In this document: one piece after another, positions 1-11,541 of the stretch
How positions within the stretch are numbered: position 1 is the stretch's first letter
Layout: every line of letters begins with the position of its first letter
Assembly (NCBI GenBank): GCA_002811645.1
Contig: PDIP01000030.1
Span: forward strand, 152,383-216,382
Reading direction: 5' to 3'
Source of the DNA: Corallochytrium limacisporum Hawaii
Lineage: Eukaryota > Protista > Pluriformea
DNA length: 64,000 nucleotides
Notes under the pieces: model-generated
What the model was told of the DNA's origin: nothing
The model's database searches: none
Seen by the model: only the letters and a program-made list of their open reading frames with translations
Position numbers and translations under genes: made by a program

Positions 1-1013
1 TCTGTCAAAATTTTCCCGCTCTCCCAAGCGACGGCAGAGCTAAATCAAAAAGAGTAGATTTGATACAATATTCCCAGACAGAGGGTGGTACAGAAATCTG
101 CGGCCTGCAGCCCAAAAAGCCAAGAGAAAAAAGGGGGGGGGTGTTGGGGCACAGCAAACCAGCCAAAAAAACTGCCCTTCTTGGCGGGGGGAACCAAAAG
201 GTACAAGTCTGCATATTGAAAGAGGGGCAAGAAACGGGGCTGGCCGGTCATCCGCTCATTTTTGGGAGCATTGGGTGTGTTTCGGTTTAGTCGCTTGTTT
301 GTTGTCTTCGTCGCACGGGTGTAAGGGACTCCACCTCCCTTCCTTTAACATTTCTTTGCCTTTAGCCCTTTTGTTTTTGTTTTTGCCTCTCTGCTTGGTG
401 GAGGGACAGGCACACTCGGAACGGGAGAGCACACCCACTGGCTGAGAAACGCAGAAGCCACCAGGAAGATGAGTCAAAAACTAAAACCGACGGGGATGTG
501 GCTTTCGCAAGACCGTAGGCAATGTATGGGACAGATGGGGGAGAGTGAGTGTACATGTTGTGCTGAGAACTTTGTCGCAGCCAGAGGTCTCTGTCGGGGT
601 GGGTCTCACGCAAGGTGTAATTTGCCTTTCGATTTTTTAGTACATCATATATGAATACAGTCCAACAATATCGGATGGGGACCATTCCCTATCACGCGCA
701 TAAACACAGGCAATGAACCTCCTAGAGGCCCTGCAACAAAAGAGAGGGGGGGTTCCGGCTCTGATCCGAAAGGGGTCAACTTGATTAATTGGTTTAAATA
801 AGGTGTTCAGTTTCAGTTGCGGAGGAGGGCGTATACTATGCCAACACACGTCCAGGGCGAAATATACATTCAATGAAGAAAACAGGAGACTGATGCCTAG
901 CGCAGCAATTTCGTTTATGGGGCGGTGGTGTGCGAGTCGTAACTGCAGTGTACGCATGGAATATACCAAGTTCACGTCCCGGGCATCAGGTTTTGATCGG
1001 TTATTCCATTTGC

Positions 1014-1883
1014 TTACTGGACGCCGGAGCCGGAGTCAGTCTGGTTGTTGCTGCCGCCACCTCCGGGACCACGAAGGGCGCGCTTGGCACGCGAGAAGGA
1101 CATGGATTGCAGCCAGACAGTGCCGGGGCCGACAAACTTGGTGTTGAAGAGACCCTCACCACCGCAGCACATCAGAGCCAGACCACCCACGCGGCGCACA
1201 GTGTAGTGAATGTTCTTGTCGAAGGCCACAACAGAGCCAGTGTCAACAAGCAGGACCTCGCCCTCCGCCAGATTCTTGCGAATGACAGTACCACCGGCGT
1301 TGAGGAACACAAGACCTGATCCAGTGATGTAGGTAAGGATGAAGCCCTGTCCACCACAGCAGCCAGCCTTCATACCAGCGAACTTCAGAGAGAAGGACAG
1401 ATTCTCGGCCAGAGAGGACATGTAGGCACCCGAGTTCAGAACGAGGCCACCGTTGTACTCGTCCAGAGTTACGGGAACAACCTTGGCACCAGGGAATTCA
1501 GGGGTCAGACCAATGCGCAGGGGCTTGTCGGTCTTGTTCTTGTACTGCACGCGGAAGAAGGACTCACCACCACAGCAGCAACGAGTGCAGGCCTGGCCAC
1601 AGCCGCCGGTCTCAAGATCCGGGGAAAGACCATCGTCCATATGGATCATGTTGCCGGGTTCGGTCTTCACCTTCTTACCGGGAGCAACAATCAACTCGAG
1701 CAGCTGGGAGTCAGTACCGTAAATTTCGTACCAACCTTCAGAATGGTCAGCGGTGTACAGCAGCTGGAAACCATTGGCCTGCATCTGCTCAGAGGCCTGG
1801 TAGGACGGCGGGATTTCAGAGTTGTAGGTGGCGGTGGCCTTGCCTTGCACACCGTTTCCGTCTTGGGGCATAGGTTGCGACAT
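1014..1883 (-). CDS. AIM24 family (TIGR00266-like) protein
   Basis: 289-aa ORF with three GGE/QGxF-type repeats (GGESFF, GGQGFI, GGEGLF), LLVDTGSVVAF and the C-terminal GPGTVWLQSM typical of AIM24/DUF124. Confidence 0.88.
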   Translation of the reverse strand: MSQPMPQDGNGVQGKATATYNSEIPPSYQASEQMQANGFQLLYTADHSEGWYEIYGTDSQLLELIVAPGKKVKTEPGNMIHMDDGLSPDLETGGCGQACTRCCCGGESFFRVQYKNKTDKPLRIGLTPEFPGAKVVPVTLDEYNGGLVLNSGAYMSSLAENLSFSLKFAGMKAGCCGGQGFILTYITGSGLVFLNAGGTVIRKNLAEGEVLLVDTGSVVAFDKNIHYTVRRVGGLALMCCGGEGLFNTKFVGPGTVWLQSMSFSRAKRALRGPGGGGSNNQTDSGSGVQ

Positions 1884-4800
1884 GTTGTTATCTGGAGCAA
1901 ATTCCTTTGTTATTCCTAGTCAAGAAAACCGAGGAGCGGACCAAAAGATCTGAGATCTGAAGTCGATGCTATCACATTCTTCCATCCCCATGACTGTGAA
2001 GTACGTGACTCCGTCATCAAACTCCGTCAGTCACGGGGATCAAGTCGACCACCACATCACTTATCACGTTACTGCGTCCAAAACAAACACAACATTGACG
2101 AGCATGATCTGGCGACGACACAGCTAACCCCGAATATCAAAACGTCTTACTTGTATCGTCTTTGGCAGCCTTCGTTCTGCGGGGGAGTTTGTACTGGTAC
2201 AAGCCTGGTCCAAGCGCCTCAACAGGCCCCGGGAGGTGGGAGGAGGCGGTGCTAATCGCTTGCCGCACACTCCGCCAGCTTATGTGGTTGCTGTCAAAAT
2301 TTGTAACACTCCATTGCGCTGCGCCTCTTTCGAAAGAGGGTCGATGGAACCTAAAAGTAGAGAGAGTACTGAAAAAAAACCAGCGTCAGGACACACGTAG
2401 GGACACCCCCTGGACGGAAGCTTGGACCGACTAAAAAAAAAATGGGCCCGCGCCCTCCGCACCAACTCGGAACCGGGGTACGGTGTCTGTTTTTCGGTTT
2501 TTCACTACTACCGCCTTTCTCCTTTTCTTTTTTTTTTTTCGTTGGGATCTCGAGTGTGGGTGTGTGTCGGTGCGTTTTGAGTTTATGTCCTTTGTTAGGT
2601 CCTCCTCTGTCGGCTTCGAAAGTTCGTACCAATGGTGGAGTGCCCAGGGGAATCGCAGACGTACAAGATTTCATCTTGGGTATAGGGAATTTATGACGCA
2701 AAGTTGGGGTGCTAGAGCACCGTTTACGGGTTTTCATAAACCCGTCAAAAGTTTCTTAACCGCTCACCGTGGAGTTGACGACGAGGAAGCGTCAAGCTGT
2801 GTCAACCTTCGACTAGCGCCCACCACCTCACCACCAAACTGTAAGTGCTCTGTCTTATCATTTGTTTCGAAACCACCCGCTCCGACAATTTTATTGATTT
2901 TTATAGTGAATATAGGGCAAGATAGCACTTGCCTTATTCAATTCTGTGTTATCGTACCGCAATCTCCCTCCGATCCTCCCTCAGGTCGCATTCCTACTCG
3001 AACTCTCGGTTTGCCGGTCCAGGTCAATGGTACAAGACTGCCCGGCGATTCCACAGTCTATTTAGTATAAATTCCCGCCAAGAATGCCTCACCGGGAGCT
3101 ATCGAATACGCATCTACGCCGGCCATTCGGATCGTTCCAGGTTCCCAAGTTCCCTGCGCGTTCCGGGGTTGCAGCTTGGCCCGCTCGCTGTGTGGGTCCA
3201 ACGCGTCAAAAAACCTTGCCTCGTTCTTGCGGCTTTTGGGGGCGATGGGTCCCCCTCTCCTGGCAGGGGCCCACCCTCCCCGGGAAAGGGGGAGAGAGTG
3301 GTTAGGACGGTGTTCCCGGGCACTGAAACAATGAGTGCGGCAGTGTGGGGAGAACGGCATTCGGACAGTGCGGCCTGACGGGACACAACAACCCCCGGCG
3401 AGAGAAAATCCAAAACCCAAAGAAAAAAGAAGGGGAGTGGTGGACACGCAAAAAGCAAAAAAAAAAAAACCAAAAGAAAGTCCCACCAAACGATTTTTTG
3501 TGAATTCGCCATTTGGACACCAACCACCGGGCAGTGGAAGGGGCAGACTTGGAATCGATATTCTGTTGTGTGTGGCGCCGATCCTTAGGCGGTACCTACG
3601 TTTCCGACATGGCGGCTACTTATGAATTGGATGCCAAGTACACATATCCAGCCGAGCACGCAGACACTAAGAGTTATTTCTGGTGAAAGAGAAATCGGCG
3701 GTTAGAAATAAAAGGAAAGTGCTGGCGGAAGGACGTATTCGTTATTCAGGCAGTTTGGTCGGTGTCCGTTGGTGGCGGACGTCAACCTTGCCGTATTTCA
3801 TCACAAGATCTGAGTGGACCCTTGAACCAACCAGTCCACATCATCGTCTGTCGATGTAGTTGCGGAGATACCATTCGGGGTGCGCTTTGTGCCGCGAACC
3901 GCTGGACTTTGCCATTGAGGGGCAGGCTGTCCCTATCATTCCATACCATGTGCACGTTTGCTGCCTGCGGCTGATATGATTTCTCAACGGCAACAGAAGA
4001 GTGTGTGCACGAGCCCGAGAGCATTTGTACAGATCTGAAATCGCCGCACCGTCCATAGCCACTTCTCGGTGGTTGCAAGCCCACTACCATTGAGATCCCG
4101 GCACAGAGCAGGATTACGATGGTCAACGGTGCTGTAAACCGGATCTGCTGTTCCCATACCTGTCGATTTTCTGCGAATTGGCGTCAACGGCTCTTCGAAG
4201 TTGTGATGACAACAAATCTCGTTGATTGCGGAGAGTGAGTAGGACGTCACATACAACATTTGTTGGGATGGATCATGAAAAGGGTAATACCTATAATTTC
4301 TAAACAGTGCACAGGTACTGATCGAGCATGCTGATGCTGACATGAACACAGACATATTCTGAAACGCGCCAGGGCTATAATTTTGCCAATTGGTAGCAGA
4401 TGTCGAAGGTGGATGACCCCTCTAAACTGTCATGTGAAATGCCGAACGCGTTCTCCTCTCGAGCGGGCCGGCGAATCCGTACTGCAATAGCTTTGGTTGG
4501 CCTGCGGGTTGCAACGTTCGACTTCTCTCGCACTTTTTGCTCATTAAAACCGCTGCCTTCTTTTTTGTACAGGCCCAACCACCCCACACCTACCTTCGCG
4601 CCCTTTCCCAAAACCCCCGCGGACCTTCATGGCAACAAGCTGTTGAAATTTCGCTGACTGCGTTGGTACTTCGCTCGTTTGACTTTGTCCACCTTCTCGA
4701 AATCCATTCACCGTAGCAAAGGGCCAGAGGCAACACCCGGCTCCCGCTCAAGGCTATGCCCTCGGCTTTCCGGCCCCCCCCCGTTCAGCGGGAGGGGCGT

Positions 4801-5386
4801 TCCTTTTCTGGGCTGCCTTGTTGTCCTTTTGCGGGCCGGTCACTGCGTACGGTACTTCCCCTTTCCTTCGTTTCCTCCCCGCAAAACTCCGGCTTTTCAT
4901 GTTTTCTTTTTGGCCCTCGGGGTCAGTTTCAGCCAATCCGGAGGCTTGTCTGAACCTTGCCCCGTTGGGACGGCGATAACCAAACCCCCTCCCCTCCCCG
5001 AAGCAGTTGGGGCTGCAGCCCCCCTCCCCCCGGGGGACCTCTCTCTTCCACATCGCTCTGAATTGTTGTGCAAAAACGACGTCAAGAGAGGGCTTCATCT
5101 AATGTGGCTGGTCTAAAAATATAACCGGGACGAAGGCGGCAGAAAAGTCCCTAGTATTGTGTGTGGAACAATGACCGTGGCGGCAAGACAGCCACTGCCA
5201 CGGGGGGAGGGAAGGAGGGGGGGGTTGGACAGTGGAGCGCTCGGAGGCTTGGCTGTCAAACACCAATGTCTCGATGGTTTCGGATATGGAGGACGGCAAG
5301 GTACTCTGGAACAGATGAAACACCAGGATTTTCGCAATATTCACGCACGGGGGCGGTTTGGCAGGATTTGCAAGTTGAGAAAAGTC

Positions 5387-6616
5387 ATGTTGATGGCTAG
5401 ATCGCGCTCGGCCAGATATGGCCTGCGCAGTCTCCAAGCTGTGGCAGGTGCAAGTCGGCGGTACATGTCTGCAAGTGCCGCCTCTTTGGAAGAAGATTAT
5501 GACTTTGGAGACCTCTCAGACTACAAGCCATGCTGTGCGGACAAGAGCATTACGCAACGCAGTGCGACGCAGCAGACAAGGAGGAATACCCCAATGATGC
5601 CTCGACCTGCGCTGCACGATGACCCGGAAGAGACTGGCGTCCCACAGATATTGAGGGACCATCTGCAAGGCAAGGCTCCCCTCGATGCTCATACCCACAT
5701 TTTTCCGGAAAAGGTGAACCATGCACTGCATATGTGGTTTGAAAGGAATGGTTGGCCGATCCGGTATCGGGCAAATGCGGAGAATGCAATTGCCCCCCAT
5801 ATATACTACCTGGAGCGGGAGGGCATGTCTCCAGACGCAAGTGCATTCGAATCGTGGGACTTTGCTGACAGTACCAGACTGGCAGCTCTTAGCTATGCAC
5901 ATAAACAAGGAATTGCTTCTTCCCTGAATCGATTCTTGGCGAAATCCATAAAGGATTTGAATAGCAAGTTCGGTAAGGACACGGTGGTAGGGTTTGGTGC
6001 ACTGTTTCCCGGAGAAGTGGGATGGAAAGACATTCTCAAAGAGGCTTTCGCCAAAGAGGGCGAGTGTCGGTTGAAGGGGTTGAAGCTTCACACACACGTC
6101 CAGGGTATTGCGTGCAATGATCCTGCCAGTATGAAGATCTACGAGTGGTGCCAAGCATTCGGGGTGCCCGTAATCAACCATGCCGGGAGGGAACCTAATT
6201 CTCCCGAATATCCAAGGGATACCCACGAGATCTGCGAGAAGGGCTACACCGCGGAGGTGCTGGAACGCTTCCCAGAGATGACATTTGTAGTGCCGCACTG
6301 CGGCGCGGACGAATTTGACGGCTACAGAGATCTACTCGATGCGTACCCAAACCTCTTCCTGGACACGACAATGATGGCATCCGACTACTTTGAGACTATA
6401 TCCATGGATGTCATCGTTGGCATGATCGTGGACTATCCAGAGCGTATCATGTTTGGTACAGACTTCCCAAATATTCCGTATGGCTGGTCCCGGGAGATGC
6501 GGGTGTTGACTGAGCATATCATCAAACGATGCGAGGCGGACGAGGTGGACCCTGGCAAGATTCTGCGCAAAGTCTTTGGTGGCAATGCTGCAAAGATTTT
6601 CGATCTCAAATGGTGA
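5387..6616 (+). CDS. Metal-dependent amidohydrolase (Amidohydro_2 family), probably mitochondria-targeted
   Basis: Motifs LDAHTHIFP, GLKLHTHVQG, NHAG, PHCG and MFGTDFPNIPY. Start placed at ATG 5387, which begins an Arg/Ser-rich acid-free leader (MLMARSRSARYGLRSLQAVAGASRRYMS). The ORF track starts at a non-ATG codon at 5159. Confidence 0.85.
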   Translation: MLMARSRSARYGLRSLQAVAGASRRYMSASAASLEEDYDFGDLSDYKPCCADKSITQRSATQQTRRNTPMMPRPALHDDPEETGVPQILRDHLQGKAPLDAHTHIFPEKVNHALHMWFERNGWPIRYRANAENAIAPHIYYLEREGMSPDASAFESWDFADSTRLAALSYAHKQGIASSLNRFLAKSIKDLNSKFGKDTVVGFGALFPGEVGWKDILKEAFAKEGECRLKGLKLHTHVQGIACNDPASMKIYEWCQAFGVPVINHAGREPNSPEYPRDTHEICEKGYTAEVLERFPEMTFVVPHCGADEFDGYRDLLDAYPNLFLDTTMMASDYFETISMDVIVGMIVDYPERIMFGTDFPNIPYGWSREMRVLTEHIIKRCEADEVDPGKILRKVFGGNAAKIFDLKW

Positions 6617-6666
6617 TAGGTATAGGGCAATGAGATGTATTCTGATAATAACAATATAGTTCAAGA

Positions 6667-9204
6667 TTATCGACAGTGTTTCTCAATTGGTGCAAGTATT
6701 GCTTGCAGCAGAGCCATGCAACCGGGAGCATCCAGCTTTTGAGTTGCCCAGAGAGCCCCAAAAATGCCTTCAACCACCTTGGGCACGAGCACACGGGGTT
6801 CAATGTTCTCGGGCACGAGCCCGGCATCTTCTAGGGCGCGGTCAAGTCCTAGTTCCTCTGCCGCCCGGTACAGGTTGTGATTGGACTTCACCTCCTTCAG
6901 GGCTTCCCCCAGGTATCCACCTTCGATCAACCGCTCCGGCACGTTATTGGCCTCAATCTGCTGGAGGATGGTAGCGCTCATGAGCATATCCAAGACAGCA
7001 TCCCCGCACCACTCTAAGGACCGGTTGCCATGTTCCCACTTTGGAGAAGTAAGCAGTGCTGCCCCCAAGATTTCACTGTGCTCTACACGCTCACCAAGGT
7101 CGAATCCGAATTTCTCGTTCACCCACATTGCCTTGTCTCGGATGGCATTAATCCGATGGACAAGCTCAGTTGGAGTCCGCCATTCCCAGGATTGGGTCAC
7201 AGGACGCTTGCCAAACTGTGATTCGTCCACCTGGACCGCTGCGCCGTCCATCAAAGCATCGGCAGTCGCAATGCAGGACTTGAGTCCGCCAGATCGAAGC
7301 AGCTCGTAAAAGACACGGCCAAGAACACCACTTATGTGACCATTCACAAGGTGTCGCAGATCCTTGCGGTGTAACGATTTCTCATGACACGTATTCAGCA
7401 CCGGGCTCAGTCCGATAGCCCTGCTTCCTCGACTGAGTGCTGATGCGCTCATGGCTTGGCTGCGAAGTCCCTCCAGCTGACTTCCCTTCATGACACCTGA
7501 ACCAGCTTTGCGAAGAACTGCGAGACCGATCGATCCCCGAAGCACGTACTGACCGATCACTGCATCGGCAGAACCAGCTGCCGATCGCGCCTTACCGCGC
7601 ATCCGTGATGAATGGTACAAACGTTGGTGTATTGTCTCATCAACACCAGCCTCTGCCCGCAGAGATCTCCGAACTGCCTCCATCGTATCAACGTAGTGAG
7701 GGAACAAGAATCCATCACCTTCCGACGGTCGCTCACTACACTTCCCAGGTCCCTCACCATCATCGAGGTGGCAGTGTTCAAATACCTGAGCAGACAGACT
7801 AAGGCGCCTGACAAATTTGTTTAAATGTTCATTTCCCACTGGAGCGGATTCAAGTTTGAGACCGTGAGCAATATTGAACACATGGGTAGCACGAGCAGCC
7901 TGAAAATTTTGGAGCATGCCTTCTCTGGCACACTGTTCCGCCACCACGCCTGCCATTGCCAGATCGCCTGCCAGTGGAATAGGCATGGGACCGTGTCGGT
8001 CTGCAAATTGAGTCATCCTTTCTCTGTTTCGTACTAGCGGAGCGTACGCGGCCATTGTTCCATCCGCTGTAGCTTCGACCAATCTCCGCCTTTTTTTCAG
8101 CCAGACCAGCCCACCACCTTCAATATCGGAACCAAACCGCCCTGCCGCCGCCTCTGGGTTCATGAGGATCATATGCAGAGACTCGGCCGCCAACGGGTCC
8201 CAAGCCCAGTCGCTGGCGTCGTCGTTATCGACATCGTCATCAGAATTCTGGACCAGAGGTACCAGGCGATACCATGCAGAACCTTGGCCGCCGTCCACCA
8301 GTGCTAGACTCCTGTTCTGGAAGCGGAGTCGCTCAGCCAACAAGGTGTAAAGTGGCTCAAGGGAGTCGGTGGCATCTGTTTCAAAAGGATTATCGGAAGG
8401 GGCCACCGGAACCCACTGCAGAAGCGATCCAGTGGGTAGGAGCATATTGCTGGGCCTATGACTGCTCAGAATTCCAAAGCCACGGAACCACTTTCCCTGC
8501 CTTTCCAGCATTTCCGGGTCAGGAAGCAATCCATCTACCAATCGAGTTCTCATGCCATGTCCGGCAGCACTACTGAACAGTGCGGAGGCTGCCAGAATCC
8601 GCTGCCCTCCGTCCTGCCTGGCCAGTTCCGAAGGTCTCTGGACCTGTGGGACATACAGTGTACGTGACTTCATATCCCCGAGAATTTCACTAGGTTCTTT
8701 TAACAGGGGTCCGTGATGATGTTCTCCACAGCAACAGTTGTGTGAAAACCAGTCGTCTGTGCGACTGAGCGCCCTCCGTGATCGCCTCATTCGTGCCCGG
8801 TCTTCCTTCTCCTCGGAGGCCATTTTCGGGTCAAGGTAGTTCAACGACTCTGGCATCGACTGATATCCGTGTTGAGTATAGATCCGTTTGAAATCAGTTT
8901 TCTCTCCTGCAGGTTGTAGACTTAAAGCCTGTCTCATCCATTGGGATCCTGGTTCGTAAGCGAACGATTCTAGAGATGTTTGCGAGGAAATCCTATTCAC
9001 TTCCCTAAACTGTGGAATTGCATTCTCAGCAACCGCTTCCAGCTCCCAGTCTTCCACATGCGTAGGGTCTGTAGGGGTTTCAGAAGCCTTATTGTGTACC
9101 CGTGCTTTCAAACGTGTTCTCCGTTTCGACCAGTTCGACGAAGACCTGACACCAAAACCGATCAGAAGTCGCCTCGAAGACCCATTAAAAGTCTTCGCTA
9201 ACAT
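6667..9204 (-). CDS. Divergent tandem RNase III-domain protein (Dicer/Drosha-like)
   Basis: C-terminal RNase III signature NRSLEWCGDAVLD (core at 6991-7017), then KSNHNLYRAAEELGL and KVVEGIFGALW. An upstream degenerate copy reads ADAVIGQYVL...LEGLRSQAMSASALSRGSRAIGL...GVLGRVF. Start placed at ATG 9204; the ORF is open to 9378. Confidence 0.7.
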   Translation of the reverse strand: MLAKTFNGSSRRLLIGFGVRSSSNWSKRRTRLKARVHNKASETPTDPTHVEDWELEAVAENAIPQFREVNRISSQTSLESFAYEPGSQWMRQALSLQPAGEKTDFKRIYTQHGYQSMPESLNYLDPKMASEEKEDRARMRRSRRALSRTDDWFSHNCCCGEHHHGPLLKEPSEILGDMKSRTLYVPQVQRPSELARQDGGQRILAASALFSSAAGHGMRTRLVDGLLPDPEMLERQGKWFRGFGILSSHRPSNMLLPTGSLLQWVPVAPSDNPFETDATDSLEPLYTLLAERLRFQNRSLALVDGGQGSAWYRLVPLVQNSDDDVDNDDASDWAWDPLAAESLHMILMNPEAAAGRFGSDIEGGGLVWLKKRRRLVEATADGTMAAYAPLVRNRERMTQFADRHGPMPIPLAGDLAMAGVVAEQCAREGMLQNFQAARATHVFNIAHGLKLESAPVGNEHLNKFVRRLSLSAQVFEHCHLDDGEGPGKCSERPSEGDGFLFPHYVDTMEAVRRSLRAEAGVDETIHQRLYHSSRMRGKARSAAGSADAVIGQYVLRGSIGLAVLRKAGSGVMKGSQLEGLRSQAMSASALSRGSRAIGLSPVLNTCHEKSLHRKDLRHLVNGHISGVLGRVFYELLRSGGLKSCIATADALMDGAAVQVDESQFGKRPVTQSWEWRTPTELVHRINAIRDKAMWVNEKFGFDLGERVEHSEILGAALLTSPKWEHGNRSLEWCGDAVLDMLMSATILQQIEANNVPERLIEGGYLGEALKEVKSNHNLYRAAEELGLDRALEDAGLVPENIEPRVLVPKVVEGIFGALWATQKLDAPGCMALLQAILAPIEKHCR

Positions 9205-11541
9205 AGTCACGAGCCCAACATCAGAGTAATTTTTAAAATCGTGCTGTATGATGCCATGATAATCAGTAAAGGATGCTGTATACAATGTCTTCCTTCCCTT
9301 TTGTACCCGGCAACATAACCCGCCCTTTAAGCCGTCGGACATCGCACCCACCGCGACCCACTCTGCCCCTCTCTCCACGCGCGAAAGAAAAATTAGGCCC
9401 CCTTTTAAATAAGTAAGGTCTGGAAGGCGATAAAAAAGTAAATCCGGATCCTGGCGGCGGGTTTTGTTGGCAACATGCAGGCAATGCTATTCTGCACACA
9501 TTCTTCGAGGCTTGTGAACGGCCGCCGACGATGCCAATGGCCGAGAATTCCTCTCTTTACCCTTGGAGGGGCACGCGGATCGTTGTTGGTTTGAAGTCAG
9601 CCAGCCGTTTTGTCGTACGGAGAAGGACGAAGGAAGTCAGCAAATGATCAAAACAAACGCCCACTGAATTCCTTTGCTTTTGTTCTATGGCACGGCGCGG
9701 TGATCCATATGAGGAGGCCCACACGGATATGTCATAATGATTGGACAAAGGTGGGCGTACAAAGTGTGGGGTGGCCTTTTCAATGCATGTGGCTGAACTC
9801 TGGAGCGCAACAAGAGGCCAGCGCGCTTCACACAGGCGTGCGAGGGGAAGCGACGTGCACACCACGCACAGGTGGAAGCGATTAGTAATTAAACGATACC
9901 GTGCGGAGGGGTGGGACAGTGGGGGGGTTCCAATCCAACGTCCTTTAAAGAAAAATGAAGAAATTTTTCACCGGTATTCAGCCCGCTTTTATATTGAAGC
10001 AATCGGACTCTTTCGCCATGATTCAAGGAGGCACTCCCTCCCCATTCCTCCCCCCCCCTTCACCCCCCAAAAAAAAGGGGTATGGAGGCATCATTGCTGC
10101 GTGCAATTGTAACTCCGGAGTTGGAAGCCACTGTGTGAACCGGAGTCATCTAGCAGGTGCAGTAGAAACATACGAATCAATGGCTGCCCAGCTGGCATGT
10201 GATCGCCAATGACAGCGACGGCCATGGTCCAGCCATGGTACACTGAGAATATCGAGAGTGGTCCATATGCCATAATCCTGAGTAAGGCAAATGTATAATA
10301 GTAAATATAATACTGGGGTGATTGATTCAAAAGTTGTCTTGATTGATGACGACCAACAGGCAATTTCGCGCGGCGAAGGGACTAGTTCTAAATCGACGGA
10401 GGTGCCCGCAACCACGGACTTGAATCCTGCGCGCCGGCAGGAAGGACATACGTCTGTTGAAAAGTCTGGAAATAGTGAAACAGCGTTGCGTACTTTGTAC
10501 GGTTTTGAAACGCAGTGAAACCAATTTAGTAATGCTACGCGGGTGATGGATTTCTGGCGTGTGAGGGGCTGGCAGACGGCAGCACGACTAGCCAATGGCT
10601 TACACTGGAGTTCCTTCTGTGGTTCGGTTGCCGTGATGCTGGGGTTGGGGCGTGTTTGCTGACTGGGAAAGAATAGATCGACCTAAGTGCACAGAATACA
10701 AACTAGTAAAGCCAAGACTTGTAGCAAATTAGGACCGAGAAACCTGGAGGCGTATCTGCTCACCTACACCAGAACGAATGAGTTTAATCTGCTGGGAGGG
10801 AGGGGTCTATCCTTCGCTTTCTCTGTGTGTCCGGGGGCCAGAGTCTGTCTTTCGGGCGTGCCTGTTCGGCCTTTCCCCTCTGCTGAATTCCCGGAGGCAA
10901 ACCGTGTGCTCCAATTGAGGTCTCCACGACTTGAACTGCTCCCAGCGGATCGCAGACAGCCTGTCCTCCGGTATAGTACCATGAATTCTTTCTGAGTCGA
11001 GACTTGCGATTAATTGTGGTATGGTCATAAGACAAAATGGTTCAACTCCTTGCCTCCATCCCGCTCCTTCCCCCACCACCCTCGTCTGACAGCTGACTGA
11101 CTGAGAGATAGAAAGTGGCTGTGTGCCCCCGCCTGTCCAGTGTTCCAGGGAAAATGAAGGGGGGGAAAATCTTCACGGCCAACACCAACCCACCGCCAGC
11201 ACATCGCACAGGCCAGTACAGTCCAGTGCAACCTCGATGTTCTTAGTGCTCTTTATCTCAGGCGGCGTGGCCGTCCATGTCCATGAGGCTGGGTTGTGTT
11301 GGATACAAAGATCCTGCTTGCGCATCATGCTATTTCCAATGATGAACAGTACCAAACAATGGACTATAAGTCTCTGCTATACAACGACCACGGATTGACG
11401 AAACGACAACACCGCGAAGTACAAGAACAAAGTACCGTTCGCTGCAGTACAACAAGATCACGAGTCTTTGCAAACTGCTTTGAATTTATTCAGAACAGCT
11501 CAGTGTACAGTCATGAGTAGTGGAACATCATAACATTAAAG

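Noticed and set aside
5516-6298. Long antisense or alternate-frame ORFs over real genes (e.g. 5516-6298, 18316-19014, 61687-62286)
   Set aside because: Shadows of well-supported CDSs, with no recognisable motifs.
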